DNA of 64,000 bases, taken from the NCBI GenBank assembly GCA_021792615.1, contig JAJYUJ010000002.1, positions 20,157 through 84,156 of the forward strand, given 5' to 3'. The notes below the pieces were generated by a model that saw only the letters and a list, made by a program, of their open reading frames with translations, did not search any database and was not told the origin of the DNA. Below are positions 40,497-49,556 of the stretch, in pieces. Numbering within the stretch: position 1 is the stretch's first letter; every line of letters starts with the position of its first letter. The position numbers and the translations under genes are program-made. The DNA comes from a bacterium (GTDB taxonomy: Bacteria > JAMCPX01).

Positions 40497-41657
40497 ATGT
40501 ATGACGCTGATCTGAATTTTATATTTCGTAACCCGACAAAGATCATCTTTGGCAAAGGCTCTGCAAGCGAGGTATTACAGGAGGTAGAAGCCCTGAAAGG
40601 AAAAAAGGTTTTGCTGATAACGGATAAATTCCTTGAAAAGAGCGAGATGGTCGAGAAGGTAAAAAAGGCATTGTCCTCGAAATTCGCGGGTATGTTCTCC
40701 GATATAGAACCGGACACAGGCACCCATATCGTGAATAAAGGCGCGGATTATGCTAAATCCATAGGTGCGGATTGCATCGTAACGGTCGGGGGCGGCAGTT
40801 CCATAGACACGGCTAAGGGCATCGCCATAGTCCTTGCTCTGGGAGGGAAGATAGAAGATCATTCAGGTATAAATTTTCTTAACGGACCCATTACGCCGCA
40901 CATCGTTATCCCGACCACAGCAGGGACGGGCAGCGAGGTCACGTATGCTGCGGTAATAAAAGACCATTCGAAACACAGGAAACTTCTCTATGCGGACAAC
41001 TATATAATCCCGAATGTCGGCATACTCGATCCCCTGATGACCCTCAGCATGCCTGCAAATGTCACCGCAGGTACAGGCATGGATGCAATGAGCCATTGTA
41101 TTGAAGCAATGCATTCCCAGCAGGCAACACCGATCACAGACGGTCTTGCACTGCAGGGGATTCGGTTAATAGTCGAGTTTCTGCCTCAGGCGGTTGATAA
41201 CGGTAAAGATATCAAGGCAAGGGGACAGATGCAGATAGCAGCGAACCTGGCGGGTGTAGCCTTCGGCAATGCACAGGTAGGGGTAGTCCATGCCCTTGCC
41301 CACAGTGTCGGCGGCAGATTCGGTGTCCCGCATGGCGTTGCAAACAGCATCCTGCTGCCGTATTGCATTGAGTACAATCTTGATGCTGTTGCAGACAAGT
41401 ATAAGCTTGCAGCCCAGGCTATGGGTGTCGATATCAAAGGGCTGAGCGATGAAGCTGCGGCACATAAAGCCGCAGAGGCGATCTGGACACTGACAAAGCG
41501 TATAAAAATGCCCCAGAAATTAAGAGAGGTCGGCGTAAAAGAAGACGGCCTGAAACAGGTTGCCGAAGATGCTATATCAGACGGTTCCATTGTATATAAT
41601 GCAAAGCCGATATTCGATCCCGAAGAAACGTTAAAGATACTGAAACAGGCATTTTGA
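40497..41657 (+). CDS. Iron-containing alcohol dehydrogenase
   Basis: GGGSSIDTAK, PTTAGTGSE, GMDAMSHCIE, HALAH, HGVAN. Confidence 0.93.
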   Translation: MYDADLNFIFRNPTKIIFGKGSASEVLQEVEALKGKKVLLITDKFLEKSEMVEKVKKALSSKFAGMFSDIEPDTGTHIVNKGADYAKSIGADCIVTVGGGSSIDTAKGIAIVLALGGKIEDHSGINFLNGPITPHIVIPTTAGTGSEVTYAAVIKDHSKHRKLLYADNYIIPNVGILDPLMTLSMPANVTAGTGMDAMSHCIEAMHSQQATPITDGLALQGIRLIVEFLPQAVDNGKDIKARGQMQIAANLAGVAFGNAQVGVVHALAHSVGGRFGVPHGVANSILLPYCIEYNLDAVADKYKLAAQAMGVDIKGLSDEAAAHKAAEAIWTLTKRIKMPQKLREVGVKEDGLKQVAEDAISDGSIVYNAKPIFDPEETLKILKQAF

Positions 41658-42079
41658 AAATGGCCGGCATCACTATAGACCAATCAGCCCGGGACAATGG
41701 GTTGGCTGCAATGATACGGGACCTTATCACCCAGAATATAGTGAACCACCCGGAAAGGGCGAAGGATTTAAATGCATTAAAGGGCAATATCGGGATCTCG
41801 GCCGGGGATATCGAGGTAAGCCTTACCCTGCAATGTAAGGAAGGTAACGTGGTTATCTATGACGGGATACAGCAGCCGTGCAAACTCCTCATAGCGACAG
41901 ACTCGGACAATATCCTCAAGTTGAGCACCTTGAAGATAAAGGCTGGACTACCGTATTATTTTGACAAGACGGGCAGAGAAATTGTCGGCATGCTCTTCAA
42001 TGGCAAGCTCAGGATTCAAGGGTTGTTCGCACATCTTCTGCTTCTTACCCACGTAACGAAGTTGTTCTCGGTCTATTGA
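41654..42079 (+). CDS. Divergent SCP2-like protein
   Basis: NGLAAMI.DLI.QN, C-terminal GKLRIQG; overlaps ADH stop. Confidence 0.6.
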   Translation: MKMAGITIDQSARDNGLAAMIRDLITQNIVNHPERAKDLNALKGNIGISAGDIEVSLTLQCKEGNVVIYDGIQQPCKLLIATDSDNILKLSTLKIKAGLPYYFDKTGREIVGMLFNGKLRIQGLFAHLLLLTHVTKLFSVY

Positions 42080-42089
42080 GGTCAAACCA

Positions 42090-42503
42090 GTGGAAGGGTT
42101 CAATCTCAAAACACAGGTAAGGGTTCGGTTTGTTGAAACCGATGCCCAGGGTATCGTCAACAACGGCACCTATATGACCTACCTTGAGGTTGCCAGGATA
42201 GAGTTTCTCAGGAAGGCCGGTATATCGGTAAAAGACAGATTGAAATACGGAATAGATTTTGTGCTCGTGGAGGCATGCATCCATTATAAGAGCGCTGCGA
42301 CTGCGGATGATGTCTTAAATATCTATGTCAAATTAAAGGAGTTGAAGGACAGGGCATTTACCCTTGAATACGTCATAACACAGGACGAAGATAACGAGCG
42401 TATCGTTGCGACCGCACATACGGTAACTGTTGCGGTCAACCCTGCAGTCATGAAGGCGTGCATGATTCCACAGAATGTACGGGAAATGTTTTTGTCGGTA
42501 TAA
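42090..42503 (+). CDS. Acyl-CoA thioesterase (YbgC/FadM hot-dog fold)
   Basis: RVRFVETDAQGIVNNGTYMTYLEVAR. Confidence 0.9.
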   Translation: MEGFNLKTQVRVRFVETDAQGIVNNGTYMTYLEVARIEFLRKAGISVKDRLKYGIDFVLVEACIHYKSAATADDVLNIYVKLKELKDRAFTLEYVITQDEDNERIVATAHTVTVAVNPAVMKACMIPQNVREMFLSV

Positions 42504-42506
42504 ATT

Positions 42507-43823
42507 ATGAACATAGGCGATATATCCATAAACACCAATTTTGCCATGAGCCAGTACCTCTCTTCAAAGGACGGCATTCCGGCACATATGATAATGGCGG
42601 CCCAGGACAAAATAAATGTAACCGCTGAGGATCTTCTTCAATCAATAACGAACAATAAGATAGGATTTTTGACTGTCCTTGATGATGCGGCAATGATAAA
42701 AGATATAAAGACCCTTGCCGGGAAATATCCCGCATCGAAATATACAGACATTGTGGTCCTGGGCATCGGAGGTTCCGCACTCGGCGCACGTGCCATAAAA
42801 CAGGCCTTCACCGGCACCTCAAAATCAAAAGTAACCGTCCATATCCTCGACAATATAGATCCGGTACCGTTTTCCGCTCTGCTCCAGGAGATCCATCTGC
42901 AAAAAGCACTCGTTATTGCCATAAGCAAATCCGGCGAGACGGTTGAGACCATGGCACAGCTGTTTATCCTTATTAAGGATTTCAAAAAATTGATTGGCGC
43001 AAAGGCAATGGACAAACACTTTGTGTTTATAACCACACCCGGCAGCGGCGCGCTGTACCAATTGTCCCAGAAGTACGGTATTCCTGTTCTTTCCATCCCT
43101 CAGAACCTTGGAGGCAGATACTCCGTATTGTCTCCGGTAGGATTATTCCCGGCTTCGTTTATGGATATAACCGTATCCGACTTCGTGGATGGCGGAAGGA
43201 AGATCCGCGATGTATTTATGAAAAGCAAGGGCGTGAACATAGGGGAAATAGCCGCCGTATATTACCTTATGCACAGGCAATTGAATAAAAACATCATGGT
43301 TTTTATGCCGTATTCTTCGCTTCTTACGGATTTTACCGAATGGATTGCCCAACTATGGGCAGAAAGTCTCGGGAAAAAGCATTCGAGGGACGGCAAGGAG
43401 ATTTATACCGGCAGTACCCCGGTCAGGGCACTCGGCGTCACAGACCAGCACTCACAACTCCAGCTTTATAAAGAGGGACCCGCCGACAAGCTCATAACAT
43501 TTATCGAGATAGCCAGGACAACTGCCAAAGAAAAGAAGATTGTGCCCATGCCTCCGGTGGATGTTGAATTTGGACACCTTTTCGGCAAAACGCTCGATAT
43601 GCTGCTTCATGCGGAAATGAATGCCACGAGGATGTCGCTGATAAATTCTGCGCGCCCATCGGTAACGATATCCATACCGGAACTTACCCCTAAAATCCTT
43701 GGTGAACTTTTTGTGTTCTTTGAATTGCTTGTCGTGTTCGTTGGGTACCTCTATCAGATAAACCCCTTTGACCAGCCGGGCGTGGAAGAAGGAAAAAGAA
43801 TTCTCAAACAGCTTTTACACTAA
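42507..43823 (+). CDS. pgi: Glucose-6-phosphate isomerase
   Basis: LGIGGSALG, SKSGETVET, GGRYSVLS, QLWAESLGK, DQHSQLQL, PFDQPGVEEGK. Confidence 0.95.
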   Translation: MNIGDISINTNFAMSQYLSSKDGIPAHMIMAAQDKINVTAEDLLQSITNNKIGFLTVLDDAAMIKDIKTLAGKYPASKYTDIVVLGIGGSALGARAIKQAFTGTSKSKVTVHILDNIDPVPFSALLQEIHLQKALVIAISKSGETVETMAQLFILIKDFKKLIGAKAMDKHFVFITTPGSGALYQLSQKYGIPVLSIPQNLGGRYSVLSPVGLFPASFMDITVSDFVDGGRKIRDVFMKSKGVNIGEIAAVYYLMHRQLNKNIMVFMPYSSLLTDFTEWIAQLWAESLGKKHSRDGKEIYTGSTPVRALGVTDQHSQLQLYKEGPADKLITFIEIARTTAKEKKIVPMPPVDVEFGHLFGKTLDMLLHAEMNATRMSLINSARPSVTISIPELTPKILGELFVFFELLVVFVGYLYQINPFDQPGVEEGKRILKQLLH

Positions 43824-43855
43824 TTTTTACAGGACCCGAAAGGCTAACCCATTAA

Positions 43856-44815
43856 ATGCCGGAAAAAATAATAGAACATTGGGCACATAAAGCGGGCAGG
43901 CATTGCGCCTCTACGGCGCTTTCCGACCTTATGAACTTCTACGGCTACGACATGACGGAGCCCGAGTGTTTCGGCGCCGGCGAAGGCATTGGATTCTGGT
44001 ATATCGAAGGGCTGATCCCGCCGAGAATGATGCACTACAGGTCTGCGGATATAGAAAAGAAATTCTTCGAAAACATCGGCGTTGACTTCGCATGGTTCGA
44101 ACTGGACAGGGAAGAAGAAATAAAAGAGGCCCTCATAAAGAGCATAGACGATGCTATACCCGTATTGCTCAGGACCGATATCTTTTATCTCGACTATTAT
44201 AAAAGCAAAACGCATTTCCCGGGGCACTCCATAATTTTATGGGGGTACAACCTTGAGGACGATACCGCCTACATCTCGGACACGGAACGGAAAGGCCTCA
44301 CAAAATGCGGGTTCGGGTCCTTGATTGAAGGGATAATCCATGGAAACTTTCCCGAGGGGGAACATGCACATTTTATCCCCATAGCAAAACCTGTTTTTCA
44401 GCTGCATAAAAAGAAACTGTTTGCTAAGGCTGCGGCTTCCAATGCCGGTGTCATGCTGTCTCCCGGGGGTTTTGAAGGCTACGGGGTAAAGGGCATTCAG
44501 CTTGCCTCAAAAAAGGTTTTGGAATGGAAAGACCTTCCGGACTGGAAATGGCTTTCACGCTTCGCCTATCAGGTGATAGAGAAACGGGGGACAGGCGGCG
44601 GTGGATTCAGAAAAATGTATGCGGATTTCCTTGAAGGCTTTGCGGGCAAAAAAGCTGTAGCCATGATGAAGCAGATTGCAACCCGCTGGACCGATATATC
44701 CATTGTCTTCAAGGAGATAAGCGAATCCGATGTCCCTGATTTCAGTATTGTTTCGGATATGCTCTGGATACAGGCAATCAAGGAAGAAGAGTTTTATAAA
44801 AGCATCATTGACTGA
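43856..44815 (+). CDS. BtrH N-terminal / DUF4872 family papain-like protein
   Basis: GRHCAS, HFPGH, ISDT, EKRGTGGGGFRKMYADFL. Confidence 0.8.
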   Translation: MPEKIIEHWAHKAGRHCASTALSDLMNFYGYDMTEPECFGAGEGIGFWYIEGLIPPRMMHYRSADIEKKFFENIGVDFAWFELDREEEIKEALIKSIDDAIPVLLRTDIFYLDYYKSKTHFPGHSIILWGYNLEDDTAYISDTERKGLTKCGFGSLIEGIIHGNFPEGEHAHFIPIAKPVFQLHKKKLFAKAAASNAGVMLSPGGFEGYGVKGIQLASKKVLEWKDLPDWKWLSRFAYQVIEKRGTGGGGFRKMYADFLEGFAGKKAVAMMKQIATRWTDISIVFKEISESDVPDFSIVSDMLWIQAIKEEEFYKSIID

Positions 44816-44869
44816 TCCCGCACCGTATAAGGATAGGGATAAGCAAATTCCTTTCTTAGATTTTTCAGG

Positions 44870-44930
44870 TTAATCAGAAAAATGCGCACAAGGAAGTTTC
44901 CTTATTTTTCAATCGCATTTTTCGGGTTAA
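44870..44930. mobile_element. Minimal MITE-like element, same family as 22068-22375
   Basis: TTAATCAGAAAAATGCG...CGCATTTTTCGGGTTAA; shares ACAAGGAAGTTT.CTTATT and TTTCAA.CGCATTTTTCGGGTTAAG with the 22 kb copy. Confidence 0.65.
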
Positions 44931-45331
44931 GCAACAGCAAGGAGCTTATCGACCGTTTTTATGAGGAAGTCGCTTTTTACCGGTTTTTCAAGATAGGCCT
45001 CCGGTGCCCGAATTGCGACCCCCTTTAAAAATTTCTTGTAGCTGATATCGCTGTTTGTGTTTGTATCAATGCCCGTTATAATGACGATGGGAATGTCATT
45101 CCAGTTTTGCGATCCACGGATTTTTCTGAAAAGCTTTATGCCCGTTTCCCCGGGCAGTATAAGGTCGAGAGTTATGAGATCGGGTTTTTGTTTTACCAAT
45201 GCCCTTATCGCCTGCGCACTGGTACCGGCAATGACAGCGCTATAGCCGGATTCCTCAACCAGATATTTCAGGAAACCGGCGAAATCAAAGTCGTCTTCAA
45301 TTATTAAGATACTTTTTCTTTGTGTTTTCAT
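44927..45331 (-). CDS. Single-domain response regulator
   Basis: ILIIEDD, PDLITLDLILP, YLEKP. Confidence 0.9.
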   Translation of the reverse strand: MKTQRKSILIIEDDFDFAGFLKYLVEESGYSAVIAGTSAQAIRALVKQKPDLITLDLILPGETGIKLFRKIRGSQNWNDIPIVIITGIDTNTNSDISYKKFLKGVAIRAPEAYLEKPVKSDFLIKTVDKLLAVA

Positions 45332-45351
45332 CCGTACAGCCTTATCGCATT

Positions 45352-46599
45352 TTAAAAATTAACCGCCTGTTTTTTCCCTGCCATGGGCATTGATTCCGGT
45401 TCAGACTCCTCATGGGCATGTAATATTGCCATACGATTAACAATGAACCGGTAGGAAAGAACAAGCATGGTGATAACACCGAGGGTCAGCATAATCTCGG
45501 TCCACCTTGGATAGTATTTTTGTGAAGCCGGCAGGTACCAGTTAAATGCTACGATGGAAACATCCAGTCTGTTCAATACCACCCCGAGGACTGTCAACAA
45601 CCCGGCAAACCGGGTCAACTTTGCATTTTGCTGCCTGACTGCATAGAGGAATATCATGGCAGGAACAAGAACAAAACCCAGGACTTCCACAAGATATAAG
45701 TACCCGTACGATGTGTTCAAATAGACCCAATTCTCCGTGCGCACGAGGTCAAACACCTTCAAGAGAAAATATATGAAGAGTGCTGAGGATGCTGCTTTTC
45801 CAAGCCCGAGGGTAAGTTGATCGAATTCAGCATGATCAAAATCTTTTATCTGGTTTGCAAAAAACCTGTGTGACAGAGCGCTTTCGACGATAACCATGGA
45901 GATACCCGCAAAGATGGCCGAGAGCAGGAAGAAAATCGGGAGCAAAGGCGAGTACCATAGCGGATAGAGTTTCGCCCGTGCAGCAAGGTACAATGCACCC
46001 AGTGCCGATTGGTGCCCGGCAGCTATGATGACACCGAAGATGGTAGCCCAGACAGTCAATTTACTGAAAAAGTCCTTCCATTTTTTTAGATTGAGCCATT
46101 CAAAAAGCACCGGACTGAATTCAACAATGGATATGTTGATGTAGAGGAAGAAATGCCATCCTATCAAGAATAGGATCGAGGTGAACCCCCAGGACCATAC
46201 GAGGAGATAGGGAATACGGTAATACCGGCCGAGATCGAACATCAAGGCAATTACCGCAAAAATGTATCCGAGAAGACTCGAGAGTATAGCAGGGCGGACA
46301 AACGGGTGATACTTTTTCATCCCAAACAGATGGACTGCCGTGCCAAGGGTAAGCCCGGGAGCTGCCAGAGCAATACCCACGAGGATATCGAACCCTATCC
46401 ATAGCCCCCACGGGTAATTATCCGAAAGGTTTGTCGACGGCCCGAGCCCATAGATTATCCTATAGACCATAATTGGAACCGACACACAGAGGATGAGAGC
46501 GGCTATAAGGTTCGGCAGGGTAAGGTTGATCTTCAGGTATTCCTTCGGCGTCATCCCCAGCAGTATTTTATTTTTAAGCCATAAACTTGTATTTTCCAT
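45352..46599 (-). CDS. hmcC: HmcC, NrfD/HybB-family membrane subunit
   Basis: LGPSTNLSDNYPWGLWIGFD, DLGRY, HQSALG, LYPLWYSP, NRLDVS; multiple TM helices. Confidence 0.85.
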   Translation of the reverse strand: MENTSLWLKNKILLGMTPKEYLKINLTLPNLIAALILCVSVPIMVYRIIYGLGPSTNLSDNYPWGLWIGFDILVGIALAAPGLTLGTAVHLFGMKKYHPFVRPAILSSLLGYIFAVIALMFDLGRYYRIPYLLVWSWGFTSILFLIGWHFFLYINISIVEFSPVLFEWLNLKKWKDFFSKLTVWATIFGVIIAAGHQSALGALYLAARAKLYPLWYSPLLPIFFLLSAIFAGISMVIVESALSHRFFANQIKDFDHAEFDQLTLGLGKAASSALFIYFLLKVFDLVRTENWVYLNTSYGYLYLVEVLGFVLVPAMIFLYAVRQQNAKLTRFAGLLTVLGVVLNRLDVSIVAFNWYLPASQKYYPRWTEIMLTLGVITMLVLSYRFIVNRMAILHAHEESEPESMPMAGKKQAVNF

Positions 46600-46624
46600 A
46601 CGTAATCCTTCCTTTTGTTATAAT

Positions 46625-47644
46625 CTACGTTTTTTTCCCGGTGTCCGAAGGTCCTCCTGCGTGTTTGTCGTTTCTGTGTTCGCGAAGTTTCGATACTGCG
46701 TAATATGCTCCGAAAACAAGGGGCCAGGCGCTCACCATTTCGAATATCTTTACTCCTAACAGATACCCTTTCGTAAGATCGGGAACGGGTGTTGTACCGA
46801 CATCCGTCCGAAGGCCTATTTGATCGAAGTCTACCGGTGAAAGATAAAGCCAGCTTGTTCCTCCTGCCTCCTGCTCCCCGTAAATATGGTTTATGTATCT
46901 GCCGGGGTTGCTGTCGATCCTCCGGCGGGCTGTTTTGATCAATTCGCTCCTGCTGCCGAATATGAGAGCGCCGGCAGGACAGTTCTCCACACACGCAGGC
47001 ATCCGTCCATCCACGACCCTGTCGTAGCACATGGTACATTTGGTAATCTGCGGGTGAAAAGCTGAAAAGTATTCATACGCGGGAATGCCAAAGGGGCATG
47101 AGACCATACAATACCTGCATCCTATACACACATTGGGATTATAGATCACGGGTCCTTCGGGCGTTTTTCTGAAGGCGTCTACAAAACAGGCGTTGAGGCA
47201 TGCCGGATCAACGCAGTGCATGCATTGTTTCTTTACATAGACAGGATCACGATCTTTTTTCTCAAACCGGTTGACGACGGTGAAGTTGCCGGCATGGGTC
47301 CTTCTCACGTCATTGAAAACAGAGTTTTTTTCATTCACCGATGCTTCAAACTTTTCTACAGGCTGATTTGGGTTTTTATTCCAGTTGTTGCAAGCCCATT
47401 CGCACCTGCGGCACCCGATACAAAAAGTCGTGTCGACCAATATACCGTACGGTTCACCGTTCGGCTGTGATTGCTTTTTTCTCTTTTCCCATATCTTCCA
47501 GTCTCTTTCATTGGCCGTGTTGTCCGTAAAGAATTTTGAAAAATCTTTTTTATCTGCTGCGTGTGCAATACTGCTGCCGCCGAGCAAGGTAACACCGGCA
47601 ATCGCTGCAGTGCGTTTTAAGAACTCTCTTCTATCGATACCCAT
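46625..47644 (-). CDS. hmcB: HmcB, Tat-exported 4Fe-4S protein (HybA-like)
   Basis: DRREFLK Tat signal; CIGCRRC, CMHCVDPAC, CIGCRYC, KCTMC, IYGEQEAGGT; C-terminal TM. Confidence 0.87.
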   Translation of the reverse strand: MGIDRREFLKRTAAIAGVTLLGGSSIAHAADKKDFSKFFTDNTANERDWKIWEKRKKQSQPNGEPYGILVDTTFCIGCRRCEWACNNWNKNPNQPVEKFEASVNEKNSVFNDVRRTHAGNFTVVNRFEKKDRDPVYVKKQCMHCVDPACLNACFVDAFRKTPEGPVIYNPNVCIGCRYCMVSCPFGIPAYEYFSAFHPQITKCTMCYDRVVDGRMPACVENCPAGALIFGSRSELIKTARRRIDSNPGRYINHIYGEQEAGGTSWLYLSPVDFDQIGLRTDVGTTPVPDLTKGYLLGVKIFEMVSAWPLVFGAYYAVSKLREHRNDKHAGGPSDTGKKT

Positions 47645-47671
47645 ATTCTGCCTCCATCATTGCAAAGGTCG

Positions 47672-47791
47672 TTAATACTTTCTTCTCGGGGTACTCACAA
47701 AGTAATAGAACACTATGAATACAAACAGAGTCAGAATAGCTATGAGGTATTCATAACCTATCGGTGTAAACAATTGTTTTAAGATATACAT
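47672..47791 (-). CDS. Small single-TM protein, HmcD-like (39 aa), unannotated in ORF track
   Basis: AGGAG SD; MYILKQLFTPIGYEYLIAILTLFVFIVFYYFVSTPRRKY; fills the hmcA-hmcB gap. Confidence 0.72.
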   Translation of the reverse strand: MYILKQLFTPIGYEYLIAILTLFVFIVFYYFVSTPRRKY

Positions 47792-47801
47792 TTTTGTCTC
47801 C

Positions 47802-49541
47802 TTATTTCGCCTGATCGGTTTTCACAAACGCATGACAGTCCGCACAAGCCTTCGGTTTTTTGAGTTCCATTTTCGTGTGACACTGGATACACATTTCATG
47901 GTAAGCGGCAAGAAGACGCGGACGGTTTAAAGTCAACGGTTCGAAATACTTGCTATGACATTCGACGCAGGACGGCGGTTCATCTTTTATAATCTGTGCA
48001 TCACGGTATCCATGGTGGTGGCATGCTTCACACAGTGTTTGAATGTTCTCATGAAAATATGTTGCAAGTTTGCTGCTGTTGGAAACCCCGGCTAATTTTA
48101 TCAGTATCTTTTCATGAGGATATTTCACAGGTTTGAATTGGTTTGCAAGCTCCTTTATGGTAATTTCTTTCTTCACAATGTCCGGGTTAAGGCCGGCAGT
48201 AGTTAACGTGGCAGGCATTGCAACCTTGCTGAGGCCATTATGACAACGGGAACACATCCGATCAGAGGGTTCTTTTGCGACTACGGATGGACGGTGGCAT
48301 CCGGAGCAATCCTTTGCTGTTTCTTCTGCCTTATGGCATCCGATACAACTCTTATTGGAGAAGAGGTCATGATAGGCATCGAACACGTTGATTCCTTCGC
48401 CGTTAACACCGCCCTGCAGAGTATGGCATCGAGAGCAGTTGTATAAGGTTTCATGGTGGCAGGCCCTGCAACTGTCGATCTGCTGCGCATGGAATGCGTG
48501 ATCGAAGGGAACAGTCTTCATCTTTGCGTCCTTCACTGTTATCGAACACGTAGCCGGCTGGCCTGCCTGCGGACGCGGAACTTTTGCAAGTTCCGCCGGT
48601 GCCACGGACTTTCTTTCGTGACATTTATAACAGAGCGTAGGGCCGGCTTTACCAGCGCCCTCTGCTTTGGCTATAATCAGATGGCAGTTCAGACACCGTA
48701 TATGAGCGATCCTTTCCATGGTGAGTGCTTTTCTGGTCGTTACGCTCATGTCGGCCGCAAGAAGAGGGCTTCGCTGTGCACCAATAGTGTGGCAATCTTC
48801 GCACGCCCACGACCTGTCTGTCTCCCTGCCGCTTTTATAAACAACCGCGTAGATCATCTTCTTTTGCTCCGGGGAATACTGGTGATGACACAGCGCGCAA
48901 TTTTTCTCCCGGGCCTTTTGTTCTATGAGTTTCTTTTGGCTTTCCTTGAGATTATCCGGTTCGAATTTCACCACAACCGTGGATTCGAGATTAAGGGCTT
49001 GAAGTTCTTCGATCTGTTTCATCTGCAGTTTCTTTGTATGGGTCTCGTGGAGTTTAAAATCGAAGTTCACTCCGGGATACGTATATTTTGCTGCATCTGT
49101 GCCTTTTACATGACAGTTTCCGCACACCACGGGTCCTGCCTTTTTCCCTTGCTCCAACCTCTTTTCATGACAACCTATGCACGCCGTATGGTATGCATGC
49201 ATCAGGGCTTTGGGGGATGTTTGACTTATATCTTTAATACCCTGAGGAAAGATGAAATCTACGAGGTTATGATTTTTGCCATAAAAAGGATGGCAGGCAT
49301 CGCAACCCTTGCCTTCTTTTCCCAAAACCTGCGTATGCTTGTCGTGGTCAAATATTACTGCGGGGTATTCCAATGTTTCAAATACCTTTGTATTTGCAAT
49401 AACAATCTTATCGTCATACGTTGTCTTCACCAGTTTTTCTGCGGGAACACGCTGGACCCCGGAATGAACGACGCCGGACATTCCTGCAATAATCGTAATC
49501 AGTAATCCCGGAATTGCTATGATACTGAACCTTTTTTTCAT
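47802..49541 (-). CDS. hmcA: HmcA hexadecaheme cytochrome c
   Basis: 16 CxxCH motifs counted, cytochrome c3-type FDHxxH, AYH..C..CH, GPxxC..CH modules; N-terminal signal/TM. Confidence 0.9.
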   Translation of the reverse strand: MKKRFSIIAIPGLLITIIAGMSGVVHSGVQRVPAEKLVKTTYDDKIVIANTKVFETLEYPAVIFDHDKHTQVLGKEGKGCDACHPFYGKNHNLVDFIFPQGIKDISQTSPKALMHAYHTACIGCHEKRLEQGKKAGPVVCGNCHVKGTDAAKYTYPGVNFDFKLHETHTKKLQMKQIEELQALNLESTVVVKFEPDNLKESQKKLIEQKAREKNCALCHHQYSPEQKKMIYAVVYKSGRETDRSWACEDCHTIGAQRSPLLAADMSVTTRKALTMERIAHIRCLNCHLIIAKAEGAGKAGPTLCYKCHERKSVAPAELAKVPRPQAGQPATCSITVKDAKMKTVPFDHAFHAQQIDSCRACHHETLYNCSRCHTLQGGVNGEGINVFDAYHDLFSNKSCIGCHKAEETAKDCSGCHRPSVVAKEPSDRMCSRCHNGLSKVAMPATLTTAGLNPDIVKKEITIKELANQFKPVKYPHEKILIKLAGVSNSSKLATYFHENIQTLCEACHHHGYRDAQIIKDEPPSCVECHSKYFEPLTLNRPRLLAAYHEMCIQCHTKMELKKPKACADCHAFVKTDQAK

Positions 49542-49556
49542 CGCGCTTCCTCCGAC

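Noticed and set aside
48453-49505. 350-aa plus-strand ORF
   Set aside because: Antisense shadow of hmcA with no recognisable motifs
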